From: Patescibacteria group bacterium
GTDB taxonomy: Bacteria > Patescibacteriota > Patescibacteriia > JBDRGY01
Assembly: GCA_043817315.1 (NCBI GenBank)
Contig: JBDRGY010000002.1
Coordinates: 1,046-65,045, forward strand
Direction: 5' to 3'
DNA length: 64,000 nucleotides
In this document: positions 56,631-64,000 of the stretch, piece after piece
Layout: the number at the start of each line of letters is the position of its first letter
Position numbering within the stretch: position 1 is the first letter of the stretch
Notes under the pieces: generated by a model
Seen by the model: the letters and a program-made list of their open reading frames with translations, nothing else
Database searches by the model: none
What the model was told of the DNA's origin: nothing
Made by a program: the position numbers and the translations under genes

Positions 56631-58307
56631 CTACTCAATCAAGCGATAGAGATTAACCGCTTGATTGTCTTCCTCAATACCTAAAAGTGGCCAGGACTGG
56701 ATCAGTTCGAAGTTGTCAAAAATTGGATCACCATTTTTTTCCGATTCAGCAATCTCGGCCAGATGCTTACCCCAGATAGCCGGGCCCTGGTCTCCAGTTT
56801 TGGTAATCAGGTAATCAGCTTCAGTGATTACCTCTTGCCAGTCAGTACTTCTTATTCGACTGCTCAAGGCATAATCAACTTGATAATCATGATTAAAAGA
56901 TTCTAACTCCAACAAACGTCCCCAGTATTGAACGGGCTGACCCGACAAAAAGATACTGTTGGGCACTACAGCTATTTTAATCAGATTATGTTCAGATTTA
57001 TTTTGCTGCAAATCAGTTTTTAGGGCTGATGCTACCACCTCAAGGTTGTTGTGATATTGAGTGGGATAAGTAAAACCGTAGCGGACGTCAGAATAGGTTA
57101 CATTTTTATAACCATATTCTTCAGATAACGCCAATTTCTCATAAATGTTGTCTGAAAAGGATTTCACCCCCCAAGAAGTTTCTGTCCAGACAAATACACC
57201 CATTGTCAAGATCAAACCAATGCCTACATGGCGCCAGATTCGATTAACTTTCCAGAAAGAAGTAGCGGCTAAAATAGCTAAAGCCGGAAAAACCGGCAAA
57301 AAGTATCGAGACTCTTTAGAATAAAACAAAAAAGTCATAATTAGATAAGGTACAACGATCCAAGCTAACAAGAACCAGCCGTTTTTGACTCGGTTCTTGA
57401 TAAAGAAAAACAAACCGACCAGAGACCAAGCCGCCAAGGGCCAAGTCAGACTGTTTACAGTCTTGCGAACGTAATAACCGATATTATCTAAGCTAAATAA
57501 ATCTTCGGTGGGCACTGAAAAAATATTCTGCCTTGTTGCTTGGGCTGATTTCCAGATATCCTTAGCGTGAGTCAAATACCAAGGAGCAATCAGGGTTAAG
57601 ATTATAGCAATAAGAATAACTAAATTAATTTTTTTTGTTTTTCTACTTTCTTTATCTTTAAACGATTTTATTAAAATATATATCAAGGGGCCCAAAATGA
57701 AAACGACAGCTGTCCATTTAGTTAATATGGCCAAGGCAGTGGCCAGTCCGAATAAAATTGACCATTTTCTACTTTTAAAACCGTTTGATTTTATCAAGGC
57801 GGCCAACGAAGCCATTGTCATAGCTGTTAAAGGAAAATCCAAATCGTAAATCCGACTGAAATGGGCCAGCAACGGATAAAACAAAGAAATGGCTAGGGCC
57901 AAAATAGCTAGCCAGCGGTTTTTTAATAAGTAATGGGCGATGCCATAAACTGAAAGAATGTAGATTAATAACCAAAATAATAGAGAAATCTGGGGAATAT
58001 CAAAATGTCTACCGCCTATCAAGAAAAAAGTGCCGGTTACTATATAGCTAAATGGGGGATAAATAGTATCCAAATTTAATATAGTTCTGGGCTTGAAATT
58101 GGCCATCAATTCTGAAATCTGTAGGCTGCGTTGGGAGTGGCCCGCAATATCCCACAGGGGTGGACTTTGATCTTGAACCACCCAGACTATATTGACCAGC
58201 ACCGCTGCCAAAGCCACCAGCCCTAAAATTAAAAAAGAAAACCATTTTTCGCGGTACCAAATACTGATGGTTTCCTTTTTGGGTTCAGCTCTATTGTCGA
58301 TATCCAT
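56631..58307 (-). CDS. GT-C superfamily membrane glycosyltransferase (GT39/ArnT/PMT-like)
   Basis: 558 aa; about 11 N-terminal TM helices then a soluble C-terminal domain; overall PMT_2/ArnT-like topology. Confidence 0.55.
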   Translation of the reverse strand: MDIDNRAEPKKETISIWYREKWFSFLILGLVALAAVLVNIVWVVQDQSPPLWDIAGHSQRSLQISELMANFKPRTILNLDTIYPPFSYIVTGTFFLIGGRHFDIPQISLLFWLLIYILSVYGIAHYLLKNRWLAILALAISLFYPLLAHFSRIYDLDFPLTAMTMASLAALIKSNGFKSRKWSILFGLATALAILTKWTAVVFILGPLIYILIKSFKDKESRKTKKINLVILIAIILTLIAPWYLTHAKDIWKSAQATRQNIFSVPTEDLFSLDNIGYYVRKTVNSLTWPLAAWSLVGLFFFIKNRVKNGWFLLAWIVVPYLIMTFLFYSKESRYFLPVFPALAILAATSFWKVNRIWRHVGIGLILTMGVFVWTETSWGVKSFSDNIYEKLALSEEYGYKNVTYSDVRYGFTYPTQYHNNLEVVASALKTDLQQNKSEHNLIKIAVVPNSIFLSGQPVQYWGRLLELESFNHDYQVDYALSSRIRSTDWQEVITEADYLITKTGDQGPAIWGKHLAEIAESEKNGDPIFDNFELIQSWPLLGIEEDNQAVNLYRLIE

Positions 58308-58327
58308 TCTTGATTTATCAATCCAAC

Positions 58328-58404
58328 TGGTCGGGGATGCCGGACTTGAACCGGCGGCCTCCTGCTCCCAAAGCAGGCGCGCTAGCCAACTGCGCCAATC
58401 CCCG
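58328..58404 (-). tRNA. tRNA-Pro (anticodon TGG), CCA encoded
   Basis: Minus strand: CGGGGAT TG GCGC-AGTTGGCTA-GCGC G CCTGC TTTGGGA GCAGG AGGCC GCCGG-TTCAAGT-CCGGC ATCCCCG A CCA. Confidence 0.9.
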
Positions 58405-58770
58405 CTATTTTTTATACCGTTTCTCGTTGGTCCTATATCCTGTATCGGAAGTCCAGTTTAGAAATATTCTTTTTTTAAAACCGCCTTTCTTGGTCATATT
58501 TTTCCGGCGGGCAGTCTTAATCTGTTTGTCGGTGATCTTCTTAACCTTTTTAATCTCCTCGATAACTTCTATTACATCAGCTAATTCGTCAGTTAATTCT
58601 TGTTTGGATTTTGCGGCAGTTAGCCCACTGGCCTCTTCTTCCACTTTCTGGATCAATTTTGCTTCATACTCTTTTTTCTTCAATATCCGATAGAAACCAG
58701 TGCCTCCGGATTTTTCAATCTTTTCCGGAATTTTATCGCGAATCAACTTGTTATAGTAAATTTTTTTCAT
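58405..58770 (-). CDS. MazG/HisE-like all-alpha nucleotide pyrophosphohydrolase (predicted)
   Basis: KLIRDKIPEKI...LIQKVEEEASGL...ELTDELADVIEVIEEI resembles the MazG-like EExxE/D acidic metal-binding helices. Confidence 0.45.
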   Translation of the reverse strand: MKKIYYNKLIRDKIPEKIEKSGGTGFYRILKKKEYEAKLIQKVEEEASGLTAAKSKQELTDELADVIEVIEEIKKVKKITDKQIKTARRKNMTKKGGFKKRIFLNWTSDTGYRTNEKRYKK

Positions 58771-58781
58771 TCACTTGTCTG

Positions 58782-60008
58782 CTATTTCATAGTATCAGCC
58801 TCGGCTCTTTCAGTCACTGGAATCTCCATTAAAACAACGGCTCTATGTCTACCATTTTCTTCTTGAGTTCCTACTTGTGTAACACTTGCAGAAGAAATGT
58901 TGGTATCATAAAGCAAGTTGCCGTCTGGGGTCTTTACTCCCCCTTGATATTTAGCAATTTCTCCTCTAGCCTGCATCGTTGCTCTATCAACAGCAATCTG
59001 AAAATCACCTGAAGTCATACTTTTTACCACTAATAATTTTCCATCTTTTTCAAAAACCTTATCAATATTATCCCATAGCCAGTCCTCATCAATATCTACA
59101 CCACTCTCTAGTCTCTCAACGTCAATAGTGATCGGTTCATAAACTCTTTCTGCTTCTTTTGCTGCCGCTTCTGATTCAAGCACTGGTGGTTTTAATCCTT
59201 CTTCTCCTATTTCAGTTTGAGCTGCTGATCTGAAGGTGACTTCATTAACCATTTGTTCAAGACCATACTGTAAACTCTTAACTCTAAGGTCTGGGTTGTC
59301 CTCATTTTCCATCATGTACTTAGCGTATTCTATCATCTGGTCACAACTTGCTCTAAATCTGGTTTCTTGGCCGTGCGTTTCAGCTGAAGCAATACCTGCC
59401 TTTATCATGTTGTCCAATAACACTTTTCCTTCTTCCTGAGTTAATCCGTCAATCTCTCCCATTTGAGGTATATATTCTCCGATTACTGACTTCACCGCCT
59501 CGACATCTAAATCAGTTGGCTCTGCCTCTGCTTGTTCTCCTGGAGCGATCTCTTCACCTGCCTCTGAGATTTCTTCTTCGCCTTCACCCTCTTCTGGTTG
59601 ATCTTCATCTCCTGCCTCATATCCACTTCCTGTTTCAGCAGCTGTGGCTACACCAGCAGCTACTCCCAACACCATTGCCGCTAAAACAACAGTTTTAACA
59701 GTCTTACCAAATTTACCCTTCGCTGCTCCACGCAGTTTGCTCAATGCTGATGAAACCTTTTCTTCCACTTCATCTCCAACTTCTTCAGGCGTTCTGCCTT
59801 CAGCATCGATGTCTAATTCATCTAATAACCCTTTAACTGCTTCTTGTTGGGGGCCTAATTGCTCGGCCATCCTTGCTTTGGCATATTGTTCCATGACCAC
59901 CTGTCCTTCAACTGCTTCAGCTAAGGCAGCTGGGTCTATCTCAGGAGTTCCTTCTGTTTCATTGGCTATTTGTTCTTTAACCTCCGATGGGACTTCTCCT
60001 CTTCTCAT
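58782..60008 (-). CDS. Acidic (Glu/Asp-rich) protein with one internal TM helix; function unknown
   Basis: 408 aa; TM segment KTVKTVVLAAMVLGVAAGVATAAE flanked by E/D-rich low-complexity regions; no recognisable family. Confidence 0.5.
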   Translation of the reverse strand: MRRGEVPSEVKEQIANETEGTPEIDPAALAEAVEGQVVMEQYAKARMAEQLGPQQEAVKGLLDELDIDAEGRTPEEVGDEVEEKVSSALSKLRGAAKGKFGKTVKTVVLAAMVLGVAAGVATAAETGSGYEAGDEDQPEEGEGEEEISEAGEEIAPGEQAEAEPTDLDVEAVKSVIGEYIPQMGEIDGLTQEEGKVLLDNMIKAGIASAETHGQETRFRASCDQMIEYAKYMMENEDNPDLRVKSLQYGLEQMVNEVTFRSAAQTEIGEEGLKPPVLESEAAAKEAERVYEPITIDVERLESGVDIDEDWLWDNIDKVFEKDGKLLVVKSMTSGDFQIAVDRATMQARGEIAKYQGGVKTPDGNLLYDTNISSASVTQVGTQEENGRHRAVVLMEIPVTERAEADTMK

Positions 60009-60030
60009 AATATTTTAGGTTAATAATAGA

Positions 60031-60284
60031 TGGTGCCGAGGGGCAGAATCGAACTGCCGACGCAAGGATTTTCAGTCCTTCGCCCCGCCCGCCGAACAAC
60101 GGCGAACTTGGAAGTAATCTACCTTTGGTGCCTGGGGCCAGAATCGGACTGGCGACGCAAGGATTTTCAGTCCTTCGCTCTACCACTGAGCTACCCAGGC
60201 TTCAAAGACAGACTACAAATTTCTTTTTCAATCAACTATATTCGCTCGGCGTTGCGGACAGGTCTACCACTGAGCTACCTCGGC
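60031..60284 (-). other. Nested tRNA-Phe locus: split outer tRNA-Phe-like copy flanking the complete tRNA-Phe
   Basis: 5' fragment 60263-60284 is GCCGAGG TA GCTCAGTGGTAGA. 3' fragment 60031-60082 is CGAAGGA CTGAAAA TCCTT GCGTC GGCAG-TTCGATT-CTGCC CCTCGGC A CCA. Acceptor strands GCCGAGG/CCTCGGC pair across the intervening complete gene. Linkers contain CCTGTCCGC and GGCGGGCGGGG. Confidence 0.5.
60126..60200 (-). tRNA. tRNA-Phe (anticodon GAA), CCA encoded
   Basis: Minus strand: GCCTGGG TA GCTC-AGTGGTA-GAGC G AAGGA CTGAAAA TCCTT GCGTC GCCAG-TCCGATT-CTGGC CCCAGGC A CCA. Confidence 0.9.
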
Positions 60285-60356
60285 TAATTTTAAAAAAAAA
60301 CCTATTTGCTATATCAGTTTAGCCGACCAAGGGCAAAAAGTCAACTAGAAAAACTC

Positions 60357-62003
60357 CTATTTTGGGGAATATTTATAGATTCTAACGTAATCACCCTTAA
60401 GCAAATCTACCCGGCAAGTTCTTAAAACCGAAAAGTCGTTACTGTATAAAAGCTGTTCGGGAGTGTATTCCGGGTTAGGTTCTACGGCGTAGATTAATTC
60501 GTTTTGGGAGGTTAGTTGCTGGTACTGTTCCGCCGCCCAGACAAAGTTGGGTTCGGGATCGGGGAAACCAGCCTCCTGAAGAATGCGACCGTGTACCCCT
60601 CCGGAAATGATGAAGTGGGTCGCTCCTTGCTTTTCATATTCTTCTCGGTCTCGCACAGTTAAATTGGGAACCTTTTCGGTAATATATTTATCAGCAGGCA
60701 AATCCGGGGTATACGGTTCTACTACAAATTCAGTACCTTCCGGCATTTCCCGTAATATATATTGGCGTGCTTTCTCAATAGTGTAGTCATCCGCCCAACC
60801 GTACATGGTCCGAGCTAAGCGCCAGGCAGGGGCAGCAAATATGATTATACAGATTAAAACCGCTAACCAGCGGCGGCGACTACAATACTTAAAAATATAA
60901 TCAAGACCGGCTGCTCCCATGATAAATAAGATAGTAACCGCCGGGATCAACCATCTGGCCCAGTGCAGATTAAGAACGGACAGCAATAAAATGTAGCTGA
61001 TGACGCTGATTAACAGAAAGAAAAACTTAAATTCACGCTGGCTATATTTCTTTTTGATTATCTTGTAGCAAATAAAAAATATAATTGCTAGGGTTATCAA
61101 AAATAGAAAGGTGCCCAGTTGCCAGTGTAGAGTATCTATGGTATACCATTTTAAATTGCCCCAAAAACCAAGATCATCATGACCTCCGTGCTCCGTCCGG
61201 TTTTCAATTACCAGATGATAAAGCACACGGTGGAAATTCAAAAATAAAAACGGCCCGGTGACAAAGCTAGCCACAATAGCTGCAAAACCACTGGCCAGCC
61301 AGTTCTTGATAAACAGTTTCTTCTGACGCCACAACCAAACAAATATCATGATTAGTGGCACTACAAAAAATAGAGAAGGATATTTAGTAGCCGCGGCCAC
61401 TCCCAGGCTGGCTCCGACCCCCAGATACCAACCAATTTTGGCCGGCTGATCGATCAAGCGGAAGACAAAAAACAACATCAGCATCAAGAAAAAAGTTTGG
61501 ATAATGTCTGGTCGGATTATATGTGAGTGGTCCACCAGAAAAAATGAGGTGGCCACCAGAATTGCAGCTATAATTCCTGTTCTTTTATTCCAGTGCTTAC
61601 CGACAAAGTAGGCCAACAAAACAGTAGCCGCTCCCAAGAGAGCAGGTAACATCCGGCCGGCTGTCTGAAAAATGGTGGTAAATAACTGGTAGTTTTGGGA
61701 AGCGGCTAAGGCAGTCTCGTGAGCTTGGTTAACAAAAAAGTTAATAATTCTAAAAATAAAACCCATGCCATAGATCAGGGACTGGGCAGGAGCACCAAAC
61801 CAGCCGGGGTTTAAAGCACCGTTGGCAATATTGAGGGCCGGTTCTACGAAAAATTCTTCATCCACCAAATAAAGCCGGGGTAATCCAAAACTGATAAAGA
61901 CCAAACGCAAAATCAGGCCAATTAAAAAAATCGCCATTAGTATGATGAATATCTTGCTGGGCTTGCGAATATGTTTCATTCCTTTGGCGATTATGGTGGG
62001 CAC
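60357..62003 (-). CDS. GT-C superfamily membrane glycosyltransferase (GT39/ArnT/PMT-like), second copy
   Basis: 548 aa, about 12 TM helices plus a C-terminal soluble domain. The ORF-track start is a GTG at 62003 that overlaps the outer tRNA-Ile 3' fragment; the ATG at 61979 is an alternative start. Confidence 0.55.
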   Translation of the reverse strand: MPTIIAKGMKHIRKPSKIFIILMAIFLIGLILRLVFISFGLPRLYLVDEEFFVEPALNIANGALNPGWFGAPAQSLIYGMGFIFRIINFFVNQAHETALAASQNYQLFTTIFQTAGRMLPALLGAATVLLAYFVGKHWNKRTGIIAAILVATSFFLVDHSHIIRPDIIQTFFLMLMLFFVFRLIDQPAKIGWYLGVGASLGVAAATKYPSLFFVVPLIMIFVWLWRQKKLFIKNWLASGFAAIVASFVTGPFLFLNFHRVLYHLVIENRTEHGGHDDLGFWGNLKWYTIDTLHWQLGTFLFLITLAIIFFICYKIIKKKYSQREFKFFFLLISVISYILLLSVLNLHWARWLIPAVTILFIMGAAGLDYIFKYCSRRRWLAVLICIIIFAAPAWRLARTMYGWADDYTIEKARQYILREMPEGTEFVVEPYTPDLPADKYITEKVPNLTVRDREEYEKQGATHFIISGGVHGRILQEAGFPDPEPNFVWAAEQYQQLTSQNELIYAVEPNPEYTPEQLLYSNDFSVLRTCRVDLLKGDYVRIYKYSPK

Positions 62004-62379
62004 GGATGGATTCGAACCATCGACCTCGTCATTACCTGCCCGCCGTACGGATACACGTATTAATCATCTACTGCTGGTGGGCACGGATGGAGTTGAACCA
62101 TCGACCTCGTCATTATCAGTGACGCGCTCTAACCAACTGAGCTACGTGCCCCCCAGCAGTAGACAAAAATAAACTTCCTATTGGTTGGGTTAATGTAAAA
62201 GTTCTTTGAGGCACCGTACTCCGGCAGGCGGGTCAGTGACCCCGCAACTAGGTTCGTTACACTCGCCAGTGCGGGGCAGGCGCGCTTTCCTATTTGGTGC
62301 TTACAGTAAGTTGGTGCGCTCCCCGTCCGACTGTCTGGCGTCAGTCAAGCTGACGGGTAGCTAACTGAGCTACGTGCCC
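61994..62379 (-). other. Nested tRNA-Ile locus: split outer tRNA-Ile-like copy flanking the complete tRNA-Ile(GAT)
   Basis: 5' fragment 62358-62379 is GGGCACG TA GCTCAGTTAGCTA. 3' fragment 61994-62034 is TAA TGACG AGGTC GATGG-TTCGAAT-CCATC CGTGCCC A CCA, preceded by GGCGGGCAGG (62035-62048). The upstream linker contains CCCGCCTGCC and GCCTGCCCCGC. Confidence 0.5.
62075..62151 (-). tRNA. tRNA-Ile (anticodon GAT), CCA encoded
   Basis: Minus strand: GGGCACG TA GCTC-AGTTGGTTA-GAGC G CGTCA CTGATAA TGACG AGGTC GATGG-TTCAACT-CCATC CGTGCCC A CCA. Confidence 0.9.
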
Positions 62380-62448
62380 AAACTAAAAAGGATTTTCAAT
62401 ATCCAAGTATATACCAATTTATCAGAAAAACTTAGTTTTGACAAGTGT

Positions 62449-63096
62449 TTATAGTCCGGACTTTTCTTCCGGTCTTTCCTGTAAACTGGCGTCAAAAATA
62501 AAGCGATTGAGAATTATGTGCCACTTATCCTTTACTTGCGGCCACTCTGTTTTTATGCCGGAAAAGCGCTTAACTACCACCACCAGTAACAAGCCGATAA
62601 AGACCCAGCCCTGCCAATAAGGAAGCCTAAAGATAACCACAGCTACTGGTAGGCAGGAGAAAAACAAAATCATGGGAATGGGTGTATGTTTGGTTATTAT
62701 CCAAAAAATGATAAAAATTATGAAGCAGTAGAGAAAGGCTTTGGGCGCTAACACGGCAGCCAGGCCAAGGCCAGCTCCACCTCCTCGTCCTTCTCCCCGT
62801 TTTAAGAAAATTGACCAGTTGTGCCCGACCACCCCCAGTACACCACCAATTGCTCCTATCATCGGCCAGCCCAGATAATTGCCGATGAGCACCGGCAAGA
62901 CTCCTTTGGAAATATCCAGAGCCCCGGAAATGATCGCCGGCCCTACTCCGGCTGTCCGGGCTACATTGGACCCGCCCATTTTTCGCCAACCATGTTCGGT
63001 GACATCGATACCTTTGAATATTTTGCCGGCGAAAAAACCAAAAGACATAGCTCCCCAAAGGTAACAAGTGATCAAAAATATTATCTGCCAAATCAT
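62449..63096 (-). CDS. plsY: Glycerol-3-phosphate acyltransferase PlsY
   Basis: About 6 TM helices; IDVTEHGWRKMGGSNVARTAG corresponds to the PlsY motif (REHGSGNxGATN) and overall PlsY length and topology. Confidence 0.7.
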   Translation of the reverse strand: MIWQIIFLITCYLWGAMSFGFFAGKIFKGIDVTEHGWRKMGGSNVARTAGVGPAIISGALDISKGVLPVLIGNYLGWPMIGAIGGVLGVVGHNWSIFLKRGEGRGGGAGLGLAAVLAPKAFLYCFIIFIIFWIITKHTPIPMILFFSCLPVAVVIFRLPYWQGWVFIGLLLVVVVKRFSGIKTEWPQVKDKWHIILNRFIFDASLQERPEEKSGL

Positions 63097-63448
63097 GCAT
63101 TAACTATATCACAAGATAAGAAACTATCCAGGCTCCTGGCCCAATATGGACACCCCTAGCAGGGGTCATGCCACTTTCGCCGATTTCTCCAACCGGTAAG
63201 TCTTTCTTGAGAGAGAAACAGTTGGCTCTAAGGTCAATCAGATTTTAGTCTCTGTGTAGCCATTGGCCATGGGGAAATTGTATCAAAAAAAGCCGATTTA
63301 AATAAATCGACTAATTTTCTGCCTTTAGCAGCTAAATGGTAACAGAAAGGAAACGTTTTCCCTCCGCCTAAGGCGGGGGGCCGACCTATCTCTAGGTAAA
63401 GAGATTGGATAAAGTGCCGAATTCGGGCACTCTATCAATTATTCTCCC

Positions 63449-64000
63449 TAGAAAGGAGGTGATCCATCCACAGCTTCCGCTACGGATGCCTTGTTACGAC
63501 TTCGTCCCTATTATCGATCCTACCTTCGGCCCAGTAAACTGGGACTTCGGGTATTACCGACTCTCTTGACGTGACGGGCGGTGTGTACAAAACCCGAGAA
63601 CGTATTCAACGCGCCGTGGCTGATGCGCGTTTACTAGTGATTCCAGCTTCATGAGGTCGAGTTTCAGACCTCAATCCGAACTGAGACTAGGTTTGATGGG
63701 ATTAGCTCCACGTTACCGTTTCGCAAGACCCATTGTTACTAGCCATTGTAGCACGTGTGTCGCCCAGGGCGTCAGAGGACCATGCTGATCTGACGTCATC
63801 CCTTCCTTCCTCCCCCTTAAAGGGGGCAGTCTGACATGAACAATTTAACATATCACAGGGGTTGCGCTCGTTTCCGGACTTAACCGTACATCTCACGACA
63901 CGAGCTGACGACGACCATGCAGCACCTGTCACTAGGCTCCTTTGCAGGCACATTCTCCTTTCGGTGAATTTCCTAGGATGTCAAGCCCTGGTAAGGTTTC
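63449..64000 (-). rRNA. rrs: 16S ribosomal RNA, 3' portion (continues beyond window end)
   Basis: Plus strand carries reverse complements of the universal 16S 3' motifs: AGAAAGGAGGTGATCC (anti-SD end), TACGGCTACCTTGTTACGACTT-like ACGGATGCCTTGTTACGACTT, TGACGGGCGGTGTGTACAA and GCATGGTCGTCGTCAGCTCGTG. The covered region corresponds to roughly E. coli positions 970-1542. Confidence 0.9.

Noticed and set aside
58192-58693. Plus-strand ORFs 58192..58461 and 58310..58693
   Set aside because: They overlap tRNA-Pro and the better-supported minus-strand MazG-like ORF; low-complexity translations.
1-64000. CRISPR arrays or other short direct-repeat arrays
   Set aside because: No regularly spaced 25-40-nt direct repeats were seen. 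The repeated elements found are coding paralogy in the giant genes, the tRNA-linked GC motif, and a 20-nt promoter-like motif.

Overview
This 64 kb window looks like a small-genome, CPR/Patescibacteria-like bacterium (inference from gene content and roughly 40-45% GC). The first ~17.8 kb on the minus strand is a tandem array of three giant paralogous surface proteins: a partial paralog of more than 1,200 aa, one of 1,688 aa and one of 2,972 aa. Each has an N-terminal membrane anchor. Domains include a LamG-like lectin domain, Kelch-like beta-propeller repeats and many Fn3/PAP-N-like modules. The array is followed by pilT and a GxGD prepilin-peptidase-like protease. A housekeeping block comes next: SPFH, HU, ymdB, rny, clpP, nrnA-like, rbfA, infB and bactofilin. 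It is followed by a CsoR-type metal-repressor locus with two palindromic operators next to trxA, an FmdB-like gene, trxB and gdh, then a GC-rich adk island. Further genes: rnhB, yraN, nusA, H+-PPase, plsC, paaK-like, CarS-like, tig, nfo, yhhQ-like, SET-domain, RNase Z-like, two IMPases, riboflavin kinase, UDG-4, two GIY-YIG nucleases, an ATL protein, two GT-C glycosyltransferases and plsY. There are 13 tRNA genes and the 3' ~550 nt of a 16S rRNA gene (minus strand) at the window end. The most unusual signal is four loci (Ala-CGC, Ala-GGC, Phe-GAA, Ile-GAT) with the same nested architecture: a complete tRNA gene sits inside a second, split copy of a same-isotype tRNA, separated from it by short GC-rich linkers carrying a conserved complementary motif pair (5' side CCTGCCCGCC-like, 3' side GGCGGGCAGG-like). 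In the Ala-GGC locus the outer tRNA is fully intact apart from a 110-nt insert between positions 38 and 39 that contains the inner tRNA. I know of no described bacterial tRNA intron or split-tRNA class that matches this. No CRISPR array and no recognisable defence system were seen.
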